From contig CP001848.1 of NCBI GenBank assembly GCA_000025185.1, positions 3,840,001 through 3,872,000 on the forward strand: a stretch of 32,000 nt of DNA, written 5' to 3'. The notes under the pieces are model-generated. The model searched no databases. It was not told where the DNA came from and worked only from the letters and a program-made list of their open reading frames with translations. The stretch's first letter is position 1; the number at the start of each line of letters is the position of its first letter. Positions 1 to 8,765 of the stretch are shown here, piece after piece. A program made the translations under genes and the position numbers. The DNA comes from Pirellula staleyi DSM 6068. GTDB taxonomy: Bacteria > Planctomycetota > Planctomycetia > Pirellulales > Pirellulaceae.

Positions 1-1
1 A

Positions 2-268
2 ACCACCGTGGCTCGGTCGCTCGAGTCGGCTGCAGCGCCGACGGGCAAGCTCGAGCCCTTCAGCGGACCCACGAACCTCTTTATTCGCCCCCCGTTTACG
101 TTTTGCGTGCTCGACGGTTTGCTTACGAATTTCCACCTTCCACGCAGCACACTTTTGGTCCTGGTGCGGACGTTCGGCGGGGACGAATTAATCCAGCAAG
201 CCTACCGGGAAGCGATCGAAGAGCGTTACCGCTTCTATAGTTACGGCGATGCGATGCTGATTCTCTAG
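2..268 (+). CDS. queA: S-adenosylmethionine:tRNA ribosyltransferase-isomerase, C-terminal fragment (5' end lies outside the window)
   Basis: The reading frame is open to the window edge (frame of nt 2). The peptide ...FHLPRSTLLVLVRTFGG...AIEERYRFYSYGDAMLIL matches the conserved QueA C-terminus (HLPxSTLLxLV ... YRFxSYGDAMLI). Recognised from memory. Confidence 0.8.
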   Translation, partial: TTVARSLESAAAPTGKLEPFSGPTNLFIRPPFTFCVLDGLLTNFHLPRSTLLVLVRTFGGDELIQQAYREAIEERYRFYSYGDAMLIL

Positions 269-491
269 CAGCGCCAGACTGCCGCCAAAAAGTGCCCGAT
301 CTCTGAAGGTGTCAGCTGTAACTATGCTGGCACTTCACCCCACTACTACCCGCAGACATCCAGGTGCGCTTGCACTGGATAAAGTAGACCCTTCCGCCAT
401 AATGGAGGGGTGGTAGCTAGGTTGGCAAACTCAGCCAACTCTTCCTGGTTTACGCAGGTTGGAAACGACTTCCACCGAAAGTTCTTGCGCG

Positions 492-2117
492 ATGGCCAAA
501 ATCAATTCCGGTGCAAAGCGTCCCTCGGCGAATCCCTCAAGCTCAACGCCCATCGACGTCACACCGATCGAATCAGACGCTATGACAACTTCTGCCGAGA
601 CGAAAAACGCACTGTCAGAAAACAGCCCAACCTCGGTTCCGCCCCCCAGTCTCGCGAAAGCTGGCAAGTCGACTCTGGGGGACCGAGTTCAGTCGCTGCG
701 ACTCAATCAGCTGCCCGAACGTAGCGGGGGAAACTCGAAAACCCTTCTCTGGATTGGAATTGCGATCGTCTGTCTGCTGTCGTGGATCGGTGTGCGGGTC
801 TACTTTGCGACAACTACCAAACCGGAAGTTGCATCAAGCGAAACGAAGTCCCAGAGCAACACTGAGAAAAAGGTCGACTCCCAGGACCAGCGTCCCGCAC
901 CACTGTCCAGCGGCGCGGCGCCCCCGACCACTAATCCACCCTCGCGATCGTCGGCTGATGCAGGGAGTGGAAGTTCAGCCACTCCGGTCATTGCTCCCAC
1001 TTCGCTCCCCAAGCCCACGGGCAAAGTTTCTCTCGAAGCGAAAGGCTATATCACCCCCGCCCACCAGATTCTGGTGAGCCCCAAAGTGAGTGGCATGATC
1101 ACCACATTGCAAGTGGAAGAGGGGCGCCGGGTTGAACAGGGAGAAGTGCTCGCCATTTTAGAGATGGTGGACTACGAGGCCGATGCGGCCCGCGCTCGGG
1201 CCACGGTTCGGCTGGCACGCGAACGTCTGCGCGAACTCGAAAATGGAAATCGCCCCGAAGAAATTTCGCAGGCCGAAGCGGAGTTAAACGAAGCTCGCGC
1301 GACTTTGCCCCGGCTTGAGTCCGACTACAAACGGAACTCCGAACTGAAGCAGAACAACGCGATCTCTGCTCAAGAGCTGCAAGAGTCGGAATCCGATTAT
1401 TTGTCGGCTGTGCAGCGCGTCGAGCGTCTTACACAAGCGGTTCGCTTGATGAGAATCGGAGCTCGCATTGAACGTGTAGAAATCGCCCGCGCTGAACTCG
1501 AGCAAGCAGAAGCGGATCAGATGAAGGCCGAGTGGCGTCTGGGTAACTGCACGATTCGCGCACCAATCAGCGGCACGATCTTGAAGAAGAATGCCGAGGT
1601 TGGCAACCTGGTGAACCCTGTGGCGTTCAACGGGTCGTTTAGTCTTTGCGAAATGGCCGACCTATCGGACCTGGAAGTCGACCTCAACATTCAGGAACGC
1701 GAGATCTCGGCGGTGTTCGTAGGACAGAAGTGCCGGATTCGCGCCGAGGCTTATCCCCAGCGCGACTACGAAGGATATGTCGATCGCTTGATGCCGATTG
1801 CCGACCGCGCAAAAGGTGCCATTCCGGTCCGTGTGAAAGTGAAGATCCCGGCCGACGAAGAGGGAATTTACCTCAAGCCCGAGATGGGGGCGATCGTCAC
1901 CTTTTACGACGAAAAAGTCGATATTCCCGCCCGCAGCACCGCTCCCGAAGTGATTCCTACGTTTCGTCCTGTCATCAGCCAACCAGCACCCACGCTGCCG
2001 CAAATCGGCGTGCCGGAAACCCGCGTTCCCGCAGCGAATCTTCCAGCAGCCAGCATTCCGGAAGTCAAAGCGCCTGATACCAAAATGCTCGAGCCCAAGC
2101 CTGTTGCAAGAGGCTAA
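492..2117 (+). CDS. HlyD-family efflux adaptor (membrane fusion protein) with long disordered N- and C-terminal extensions
   Basis: Single TM helix (LLWIGIAIVCLLSWIGVRVYFA) and a Ser/Pro/Ala-rich linker. Lipoyl-like hairpin (GMITTLQVEEGRRVEQGEVLAILE) and a coiled-coil (ADAARARATVRLARERLRELENG...AEAELNEARATL). Typical IRAPISGTILKKNAEVGNLV beta-barrel motif. It is followed in the same orientation by the ABC ATPase and permeases. The ORF track starts at TTG 459; ATG 492 (MAKINSG) is preferred but not proven. Confidence 0.8.
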   Translation: MAKINSGAKRPSANPSSSTPIDVTPIESDAMTTSAETKNALSENSPTSVPPPSLAKAGKSTLGDRVQSLRLNQLPERSGGNSKTLLWIGIAIVCLLSWIGVRVYFATTTKPEVASSETKSQSNTEKKVDSQDQRPAPLSSGAAPPTTNPPSRSSADAGSGSSATPVIAPTSLPKPTGKVSLEAKGYITPAHQILVSPKVSGMITTLQVEEGRRVEQGEVLAILEMVDYEADAARARATVRLARERLRELENGNRPEEISQAEAELNEARATLPRLESDYKRNSELKQNNAISAQELQESESDYLSAVQRVERLTQAVRLMRIGARIERVEIARAELEQAEADQMKAEWRLGNCTIRAPISGTILKKNAEVGNLVNPVAFNGSFSLCEMADLSDLEVDLNIQEREISAVFVGQKCRIRAEAYPQRDYEGYVDRLMPIADRAKGAIPVRVKVKIPADEEGIYLKPEMGAIVTFYDEKVDIPARSTAPEVIPTFRPVISQPAPTLPQIGVPETRVPAANLPAASIPEVKAPDTKMLEPKPVARG

Positions 2118-2213
2118 CAGCGGCGTCTGGATTCAGCGCTTAATGGGCGAGCGATCTGCGACCGGCGTGCTTCAATACTCCACCACTTCATGTCTTTCGA
2201 AGATTGATAGGTT

Positions 2214-2921
2214 ATGGCCAGCGAGCAGCCGATTGTGCGTGTCGAGAATGTGCATAAGTACTTCACACGCGGCAGTGAGCGCGTCGATGTGCTGAACGGA
2301 CTTTCGCTCGAAGTCAGACCGTGCGAAACGCTCGGTTTGATGGGTCCGAGCGGTTCGGGAAAAACAACCCTTCTCAACCTCATCGCAGGGCTCGATCGTC
2401 CGAGCTCGGGGGAAGTCTGGGTGGGGTCGGACCGCATTTCGACGATGAACGAATCGCAGCTCGCGCGCTGGCGAACGACCGCGATCGGTTTCATCTTTCA
2501 GTTCTATCATCTGCTGCCAGTTCTCTCGGCCTACGAAAACGTCGAGCTGCCACTCTTGCTGCTGCCGATGTCGGCCGCTCAGCGTCGCCAACAAGTGACC
2601 ACTGCGCTCGAGCTGGTGGGACTCGAAAACCGGATGTCGCATCGCCCCGGACAGTTGTCGGGTGGTCAGCAGCAGCGCGTCGGTATTGCACGTGCCATCG
2701 TCACCGATCCGCTGTTGATCGTCGCCGATGAACCAACTGGGGATCTTGATGCCAAATCGGCCGACGAGATTCTCAATCTGATGGAAGAGCTCCGTAGCGG
2801 TCTCCAAAAAACGATCATCCTGGTGACTCACGATCCCCGCGCTGCGCAGCGAACCGACCGGGTCCTGATGCTCGATAAAGGTCGGCTCGTGGATGGTGCC
2901 TCGTCGCTGACGCGTCACTAA
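2214..2921 (+). CDS. ABC transporter ATP-binding protein (MacB/LolD-type)
   Basis: Walker [14 protein letters not shown]-loop FIFQ, signature [14 protein letters not shown], Walker [15 protein letters not shown]-loop VTHD. Size (235 aa) and context between the adaptor and FtsX-type permeases fit. Confidence 0.92.
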   Translation: MASEQPIVRVENVHKYFTRGSERVDVLNGLSLEVRPCETLGLMGPSGSGKTTLLNLIAGLDRPSSGEVWVGSDRISTMNESQLARWRTTAIGFIFQFYHLLPVLSAYENVELPLLLLPMSAAQRRQQVTTALELVGLENRMSHRPGQLSGGQQQRVGIARAIVTDPLLIVADEPTGDLDAKSADEILNLMEELRSGLQKTIILVTHDPRAAQRTDRVLMLDKGRLVDGASSLTRH

Positions 2922-2991
2922 GCGTTTAGTCTAGCCTGCTCCACTGGTCTCCCCTGTTAATCGCTCACTTTTGCGAACTGCGAACAGCCGT

Positions 2992-4245
2992 ATGAAGTTC
3001 TTCCTGTTGATCTTTCGCAACCTGAGCCGCAATCTATTTCGCACGATCCTCACCTCATCGGCCACGATGTTCCTGGTGCTGGTGATCACGGCAGTCTGGA
3101 CGGTCCTTTCGTTTCTCGACAAAGCGACCGAAGAGAAAAAGCAGGATCTCAAGGCGATTGTCACCGAGCGCTGGCAAATCCCAAGTCAGTTGCCCTTCTC
3201 CTACGCTGCTACGCTGTCGGAAGGTGCCGCGCGGAATCCTGGGGATGTGCGCCCCCTCGACTCCATGACCTGGCAGTTCTACGGCGGCACAACCGACAAA
3301 GAGAATCGGAGTGTCAGTAATACGGTCTTCATGTTTTGCATGGAGCCCAAAAAACTCCTGACGATGATGGACGAGCTCGACAAACTCGATCCCAATGCTG
3401 CTGAGACCAAAGAGCTACAAGCAGCCATCGACAAGATGGAGAACAACATTCAGTCGATCATCCTGGGGCAAGATCGACTGAAGTCGCTCGAAAAGCGTGT
3501 CGGTGATCGAATCAAGCTGTACGGGATCAACTACAAAGATATCGATCTCGAACTCGAGATCGTGGGAACCTTTCCCGCCAATGGTCGCTACAACAGCTCG
3601 GCTGTGATTAACAACGAGTACCTCAATCGTTCCCTCGATGCCTACGAACGCGAGAAAGGTTCCAAGCATCCCTTGGCTGATAAGACGCTGAATCTCGTTT
3701 GGCTGAGGCTCCCTGATACCGACGCGTTCAACAAAGTGGCCGAGCAGATCACGACCTCTCCGTCGTACAGCAACCCAAGCGTAAAGTGCGAAACGGCGAG
3801 CTCCGGCATTGCTGCATTTCTCGACGCTTATCGCGATTTGATTTGGGCGATGCGGTGGCTCTTTTCCCCTGTGGTGTTGTTTTCGTTAACGCTTGTGATT
3901 GCCAACTCGATCAGCATTAGCGTACGCGAGCGGCGACTCGAACTCGCGATCCTGAAAGTGCTCGGTTTTCGTCCCTCGCAGCTGCTGATTCTTGTGCTCG
4001 GCGAAGGGCTACTGCTCGGGGCTGGGGCTGGATTTCTTTCGACCGCCGGAACCTACCTGCTGGTGAACTATGTGATGGGAGGCATCCCCTTTCAGATTGC
4101 CTTCTTTCCGAACTTCGATATTCCGATCGACGCGCTCTGGTGGGGACCTGTGCTGGGTGGCTTCGCCTCGCTGCTTGGGAGTATTGTCCCCTCGTGGAAT
4201 GCCTGCACGGTGAAGGTGACCGACGTTTTTTCGCGAGTCGCTTAG
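2992..4245 (+). CDS. ABC transporter permease, FtsX/MacB-type (permease 1)
   Basis: N-terminal TM (ATMFLVLVITAVWTVL), a roughly 260-aa extracytoplasmic domain, then three C-terminal TMs with the FtsX-domain pattern ISISVRERRLELAILKVLGFRPSQLLILVLGEGLLLGAGAG. The ORF-track start 2971 is TTG; ATG 2992 (MKFFLLIFRNL) is preferred. Confidence 0.82.
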   Translation: MKFFLLIFRNLSRNLFRTILTSSATMFLVLVITAVWTVLSFLDKATEEKKQDLKAIVTERWQIPSQLPFSYAATLSEGAARNPGDVRPLDSMTWQFYGGTTDKENRSVSNTVFMFCMEPKKLLTMMDELDKLDPNAAETKELQAAIDKMENNIQSIILGQDRLKSLEKRVGDRIKLYGINYKDIDLELEIVGTFPANGRYNSSAVINNEYLNRSLDAYEREKGSKHPLADKTLNLVWLRLPDTDAFNKVAEQITTSPSYSNPSVKCETASSGIAAFLDAYRDLIWAMRWLFSPVVLFSLTLVIANSISISVRERRLELAILKVLGFRPSQLLILVLGEGLLLGAGAGFLSTAGTYLLVNYVMGGIPFQIAFFPNFDIPIDALWWGPVLGGFASLLGSIVPSWNACTVKVTDVFSRVA

Positions 4246-4308
4246 CGGTGCTGGCACTCCTGGATGTGCGTTGTGCGAAGCGGGTGATGGCTCACGCTAG
4301 TTTGAAAG

Positions 4309-5700
4309 ATGATGGAAGTTGTCATGCCTTTTGATTTGCTACTGGCTGCCGAAACGACTCCGTTTGAAATATCGCTCGACAGCCTCGAGCCGCTGCTGGT
4401 GGGAGTGGCAATCATCGTGCTGCTGATGGTGATCGGAAAAGTTCCAGTCACCTACAACATTCGTAATCTTTCGGTCCGCTGGGTCAGTACGGCCCTCACG
4501 GGACTGGCCTTCACGATGGTGATTGGCACCCTCACGGTGATGCTCGCTTTCGTCAATGGCATGGTGAAACTTGCCGAGGGGAGTGGGCAGCCTGGCAACG
4601 TGCTGATTTTCTCCGAAGGCTCCACCGACGAAACGTTCAGCAATTTGGGGTTCAGCGACGTGGGGGAAATCGAACTCGTCGATGGCATTTTGCGCGACGA
4701 AGAAAACAAGCCGATGGTGAGTCGCGAGACGTTTTTGGTGGTGAATCAGCCGGTCGTCGTGCAGCAGGCGAATCGTCCCGCTCGCCGTTTTTTACAGGTG
4801 CGAGGGGTAGAAGATTCGAGGATGGCCGGACGTGTGCACGGCATGCAGCTGATAGCGGGTGGTGAGTGGATTACGCGCGAAGGGGTCCGTACGCTGGCCG
4901 ATGGAAAGACCAACGCAATTCAGGCGATTCTTGGCGAAGGGGTCGCGACCACGCTCGGCCGCGATCGCAAGCCCGAGGATCTGGCCAAAGCCAAAGACCC
5001 AACTCAACTCGTCGCCGGAGACCTCTTCTCCCTCGGGGGACGCGACTGGATTGTGATGGGAGTCTTCAAGTCGAGTGGCTCGACGTTTGATAGCGAAATT
5101 TGGGCCAAGCGAGATATCGTCGGACCGATGTTTGGCAAAAACACCTACACATCGCTTGTGCTACGCACCGCTGGCGCTCCGGAAGCTCAGAAGTTGCAGA
5201 AGTACTTTAACGAGGAGTACACGCGGGCTTCGGTGAAAGCCTACCAGGAGTCGGAGTACTACAAAAGTTTGGCGCAAACGACCAAGCAGTTTCTGTATGC
5301 CATCATCGTGATCACGGCGATCATGTCGATCGGTGGAATTTGCGGTGTGATGAATACGATGTTCGCGGCGGTGGCCAACCGGATGCGCGATATCGGTGTG
5401 CTCCGAATTTTGGGCTACAGCCGCATGGATGTGCAGATGTCGTTTCTGCTCGAATCACTTGTGCTGGCACTAGTGGGTGGTGCGTCGGGCTGCTTGATGG
5501 GATGTCTGGCCCATGGTCTCAAGGCATCGAGCATCGTCAGCAGCGGTCCTGGTGGCGGTAAGTTCGTGGTACTCGAACTCGTGGTGAGTGGCGACGTGAT
5601 TGCGGTGGGGCTCACCGCGACGCTTGTGATGGGGCTGCTTGGTGGAATTCTGCCTTCGATTCGCGCGATGTTCATTCGCCCGCTGGAATCGTTGCGATAA
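4309..5700 (+). CDS. ABC transporter permease, FtsX/MacB-type (permease 2, divergent from permease 1)
   Basis: Same 1+3 TM topology with a large loop. FtsX pattern AAVANRMRDIGVLRILGYSRMDVQMSFLLESLVLALVGGASG. Starts 64 nt after permease 1 on the same strand. Confidence 0.82.
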   Translation: MMEVVMPFDLLLAAETTPFEISLDSLEPLLVGVAIIVLLMVIGKVPVTYNIRNLSVRWVSTALTGLAFTMVIGTLTVMLAFVNGMVKLAEGSGQPGNVLIFSEGSTDETFSNLGFSDVGEIELVDGILRDEENKPMVSRETFLVVNQPVVVQQANRPARRFLQVRGVEDSRMAGRVHGMQLIAGGEWITREGVRTLADGKTNAIQAILGEGVATTLGRDRKPEDLAKAKDPTQLVAGDLFSLGGRDWIVMGVFKSSGSTFDSEIWAKRDIVGPMFGKNTYTSLVLRTAGAPEAQKLQKYFNEEYTRASVKAYQESEYYKSLAQTTKQFLYAIIVITAIMSIGGICGVMNTMFAAVANRMRDIGVLRILGYSRMDVQMSFLLESLVLALVGGASGCLMGCLAHGLKASSIVSSGPGGGKFVVLELVVSGDVIAVGLTATLVMGLLGGILPSIRAMFIRPLESLR

Positions 5701-5775
5701 AGCCTCGCGATAAACCTCACCAGCGCTGGTTCTGCCTCATCCACGAGGGCAAGTGAGTACTATACAATCGCTCGC

Positions 5776-8541
5776 ATGAGCACATCTGCGGATGGGGCGA
5801 TCGACCCCGAACCATTCCTGTCGAACTTCGGACTTTCGAGCTTCCGCCCGGGACAGCGCGCCGTAATCGAAGCGGTGCTATCGGGCCAGGATTGCCTCTG
5901 CATCATGCCGACTGGTGGCGGAAAAAGTTTGTGCTACCAGCTTCCGGCGATCGCGCGTGGTGGACTTACTTTGGTGGTCTCCCCCCTGATTGCGCTGATG
6001 AAAGATCAGGTCGACTCGCTTTCGGCTATCGGGATTCGTAGTACCTGCATCAACAGCAGCCTCTCGCCGAGTGAGCAGCGCGAGCGAATGAATCTGATGG
6101 CAGCGGGGGGCTATAACCTCGTTTACATCGCCCCCGAGCGGCTTCGAAACTCTCAGTTTCTCGAGAAGCTCAAGTCGACCAAGGTGGGGCTGCTGGCGGT
6201 CGACGAAGCGCACTGCATTAGTGAATGGGGGCACGATTTTCGTCCCGACTACGCGCGACTTGGAAAATTACGCGAACGGATTGGTTCGCCGCAAACCATT
6301 GCGCTCACCGCCACAGCGACCCCACGCGTGCGCGATGACGTTGCTAAACAACTACAGCTGCGCGAGCCTCAGGTCTTCATCACGGGCTTTGCACGTCCGA
6401 ATTTGCACTTCGAAGTGTGGCACGCTTCGAAGGAACAAGAGAAACAAACACTGCTGCTCGAGTTCCTGGAGAGCACACCCGGGTGCGGCATTGTGTACGC
6501 AGCGACGCGTAAACGGTGCGAAGAACTCCATCTTTTGCTATCGCAACACCTCGACCAAAAGCAGCGGAAGGTGGGGCTCTATCACGCCGGTCTTTCGGCC
6601 GATGATCGTCGGCTTGTGCAAGACGAGTTCATGTCGGGGCGGATGCCGATCATCGTGGCGACGAACGCATTTGGCATGGGGATCGACAAATCAGATCTGC
6701 GCTTCGTCGTGCATTACAACATGCCGGGCAGTTTGGAAGCCTATTACCAGGAAGCGGGTCGCGCGGGGCGCGATGGACTCCGCTCGCGCTGCCTGCTGTT
6801 GGCGTCGCATGGCGACCGGCGCATCCAAGAGTTCTTCATCGATAGCTCGTATCCTCCCAAGGATGTGATCGAGAGTGTCTATCATTTTCTGCGCTCGATT
6901 GATGCCGATCCGATTCAGCTGACCCTGAGCGAGATCAAGGACACGCTCCGCTTGCCCGTGAGTGGCGAAGGGGTGAGCGCGAGTGAGAAAATTCTCGAGC
7001 GTGCGGGTGTGCTTGAGCGACTCGATTCGCGGCACAACTTAGCCGCCTTTCGGATCGAAACCGATGTGGTCGAAATCGCCGATTTAGTGCCGAAAGAGGC
7101 GAGAAATCAGCGAAAGTTGCTCAAAGCGATCGACAAACTGGTGGATGGTGCGCGGTACGACCGGGTTTATGTTTCGCCCGAACGGATTGCCCGCGAAAGC
7201 GAACTCGAAGGGGCCAGTTTGCAGCGCGCTTTGCGTGAAATTTCGAAACTGCCACAGGTCGATTACTTGCCGCCGTTTCGCGGCCGGGCCACGCACATGC
7301 TGGTGCGCGACAAACCATTTTCGCAGCTCGGAATCGATTTCGTCGAGCTCGATCGCCGTAAGAATGCCGAGTATGCCAAGCTCGATGCGGTGACCCATTA
7401 TGCCGATGCAAGGCGTTGCCGGCAGATCGAGATTCTCGACTATTTTGGGGACCGCAACGCGAAGCGCTGCGATATGTGCGACAACTGCGGTGGTGTGCGC
7501 CGCGTGCAAGTGGAAGTGGCCACCAAAGCGGCAACCCCGGCTGTTCTGGAAGCGGTGCGCATCGTACTGAGTGGTGTGGCTCGAACACGCGGACGGGTCG
7601 GCAAGCAGCTGATTGCCAAAATGCTGTGCGGCTCGCAATCTGCCAAACTTACGAAGCTCGGACTCTCGGAGCTTAGCACGTTTGGCTTGCTCGCGCATCT
7701 CACGCAGCCCGAAGTTTTGCTGCTGGTCGACGCGCTCGTGCGGATGCGCTTGATCGAGCAAGTCGAGGAGCAAAAGTTCCGTCCAACGATTCGCATCACG
7801 CTGCTCGGCGAACAGGTGATGCGTGGTCAGGCCGAATTGCCTGCCAGTTTCACCGTCGATACCGGCATTCTGCTGCGACTCAACAGCGCCGCTCGCACCG
7901 GCATCGCGCGACTCGAATCGCCAGCCACCCCGCCACTGCCAAACTCCGAGGCTGAGCTAGTTCCGCCCGAGAATGCTGCCCCCTTGGCTGAAGAAGAACC
8001 CGTGGTCGACGAATTACTCGGTAGCCACGAGTTGCCACTGGCTGATGCGCCCGCCGAGATCCGTGAGCCCGATTTTAGCGAACTGCGCCAGGCGACAGCC
8101 GCGCCAGCATCGCGCGCCGCTGAGGCGGGAAATTCCCTCCGCATCGATCCGCCTGCCGCTCAGCCCGCCGCTGAACCGGTTAAATCAAGCGTGCCAACCT
8201 TGGCTCCGATCAATTCACCGAAGCATGCCCCCGACTACTACTGGACCTGGCGACTGCTCGTCTCTGGTTTTTCGCTCGAGGAATGTACTCAAATTCGTCG
8301 CATCACTGCCGAGAATGCTTACGACCAACTGCTGCGTGGCATGCGGGCAGGTTTAGCGGTCGAGTGGCGGTGGGTGATGTCGCCAGCCAAGTGGAAGACG
8401 ATTTGCGACTGGCTCGATGCAGCACCTGCCAGCGAGGTGAGTGCCAAGATGGGAGCACTTCCCTTGGGCGTCACGTTTCGCGATGTGCAGGTTTATTTGC
8501 TGGTGCGTGAAGCTCGCACTGAGTCGGAAGTGGCGTCGTAG
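5776..8541 (+). CDS. recQ: RecQ-family ATP-dependent DNA helicase with an internal insertion and a non-HRDC C-terminal domain
   Basis: Motifs: FRPGQ, Walker A MPTGGGKSLCYQLP, DEAH box VDEAHCISEWGHDFRPDY, LTATAT, ATNAFGMGIDK, YYQEAGRAGRDG. Zn-finger cysteines occur in CRQIEILDYFG...RCDMCDNC. An RQC winged-helix-like stretch (GKQLIAKMLCGSQSAKL...LSTFGLL) follows. Confidence 0.9.
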   Translation: MSTSADGAIDPEPFLSNFGLSSFRPGQRAVIEAVLSGQDCLCIMPTGGGKSLCYQLPAIARGGLTLVVSPLIALMKDQVDSLSAIGIRSTCINSSLSPSEQRERMNLMAAGGYNLVYIAPERLRNSQFLEKLKSTKVGLLAVDEAHCISEWGHDFRPDYARLGKLRERIGSPQTIALTATATPRVRDDVAKQLQLREPQVFITGFARPNLHFEVWHASKEQEKQTLLLEFLESTPGCGIVYAATRKRCEELHLLLSQHLDQKQRKVGLYHAGLSADDRRLVQDEFMSGRMPIIVATNAFGMGIDKSDLRFVVHYNMPGSLEAYYQEAGRAGRDGLRSRCLLLASHGDRRIQEFFIDSSYPPKDVIESVYHFLRSIDADPIQLTLSEIKDTLRLPVSGEGVSASEKILERAGVLERLDSRHNLAAFRIETDVVEIADLVPKEARNQRKLLKAIDKLVDGARYDRVYVSPERIARESELEGASLQRALREISKLPQVDYLPPFRGRATHMLVRDKPFSQLGIDFVELDRRKNAEYAKLDAVTHYADARRCRQIEILDYFGDRNAKRCDMCDNCGGVRRVQVEVATKAATPAVLEAVRIVLSGVARTRGRVGKQLIAKMLCGSQSAKLTKLGLSELSTFGLLAHLTQPEVLLLVDALVRMRLIEQVEEQKFRPTIRITLLGEQVMRGQAELPASFTVDTGILLRLNSAARTGIARLESPATPPLPNSEAELVPPENAAPLAEEEPVVDELLGSHELPLADAPAEIREPDFSELRQATAAPASRAAEAGNSLRIDPPAAQPAAEPVKSSVPTLAPINSPKHAPDYYWTWRLLVSGFSLEECTQIRRITAENAYDQLLRGMRAGLAVEWRWVMSPAKWKTICDWLDAAPASEVSAKMGALPLGVTFRDVQVYLLVREARTESEVAS

Positions 8542-8661
8542 CCAAGCGTCGTGCAGAAGAAATGGAAGGCGTAACGCCCGATTGTCGAACAAGTTAGCAT
8601 CCAGCGGGGCTGCACACGGAGCAGCTTCGGGATAAGATGCCATATTGGCTTGCAGCTTCAG

Positions 8662-8688
8662 GTCTGCCCTGAATGGGCAGACATTTTT
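8662..8688 (+). terminator. Candidate rho-independent terminator downstream of recQ
   Basis: Stem GTCTGCCC (8662-8669) pairs with GGGCAGAC (8675-8682) around loop TGAAT, followed by ATTTTT. It lies 120 nt after the recQ stop. Confidence 0.5.
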
Positions 8689-8765
8689 CGAGCGAATGAT
8701 TAACGAAGGGCAACGAGGATCGCCGCTACAGAAGCGACTCCTTGGCTCTTGAGGAAAGGTTTGCG

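Noticed and set aside
459-491. Upstream TTG starts proposed by the ORF track for the adaptor (459), permease 1 (2971) and ftsH (8742).
   Set aside because: In each case a nearby downstream ATG gives a more typical N-terminus, and for ftsH it has a better ribosome-binding site. This remains uncertain without N-terminal data.
2172-2918. A 248-aa minus-strand ORF antisense to the ABC ATPase gene. Similar long antisense ORFs lie opposite recQ (7084-7773), ftsH (9276-10307), the hydrolase (18722-19678), the TIM-barrel gene (21788-22582) and the beta-propeller gene (23879-24472).
   Set aside because: Each lies entirely inside a gene whose product has unmistakable family motifs. Their translations are Arg/Gly/His-rich with no recognisable motifs. 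This is the usual stop-poor antisense-frame artefact of GC-rich DNA.
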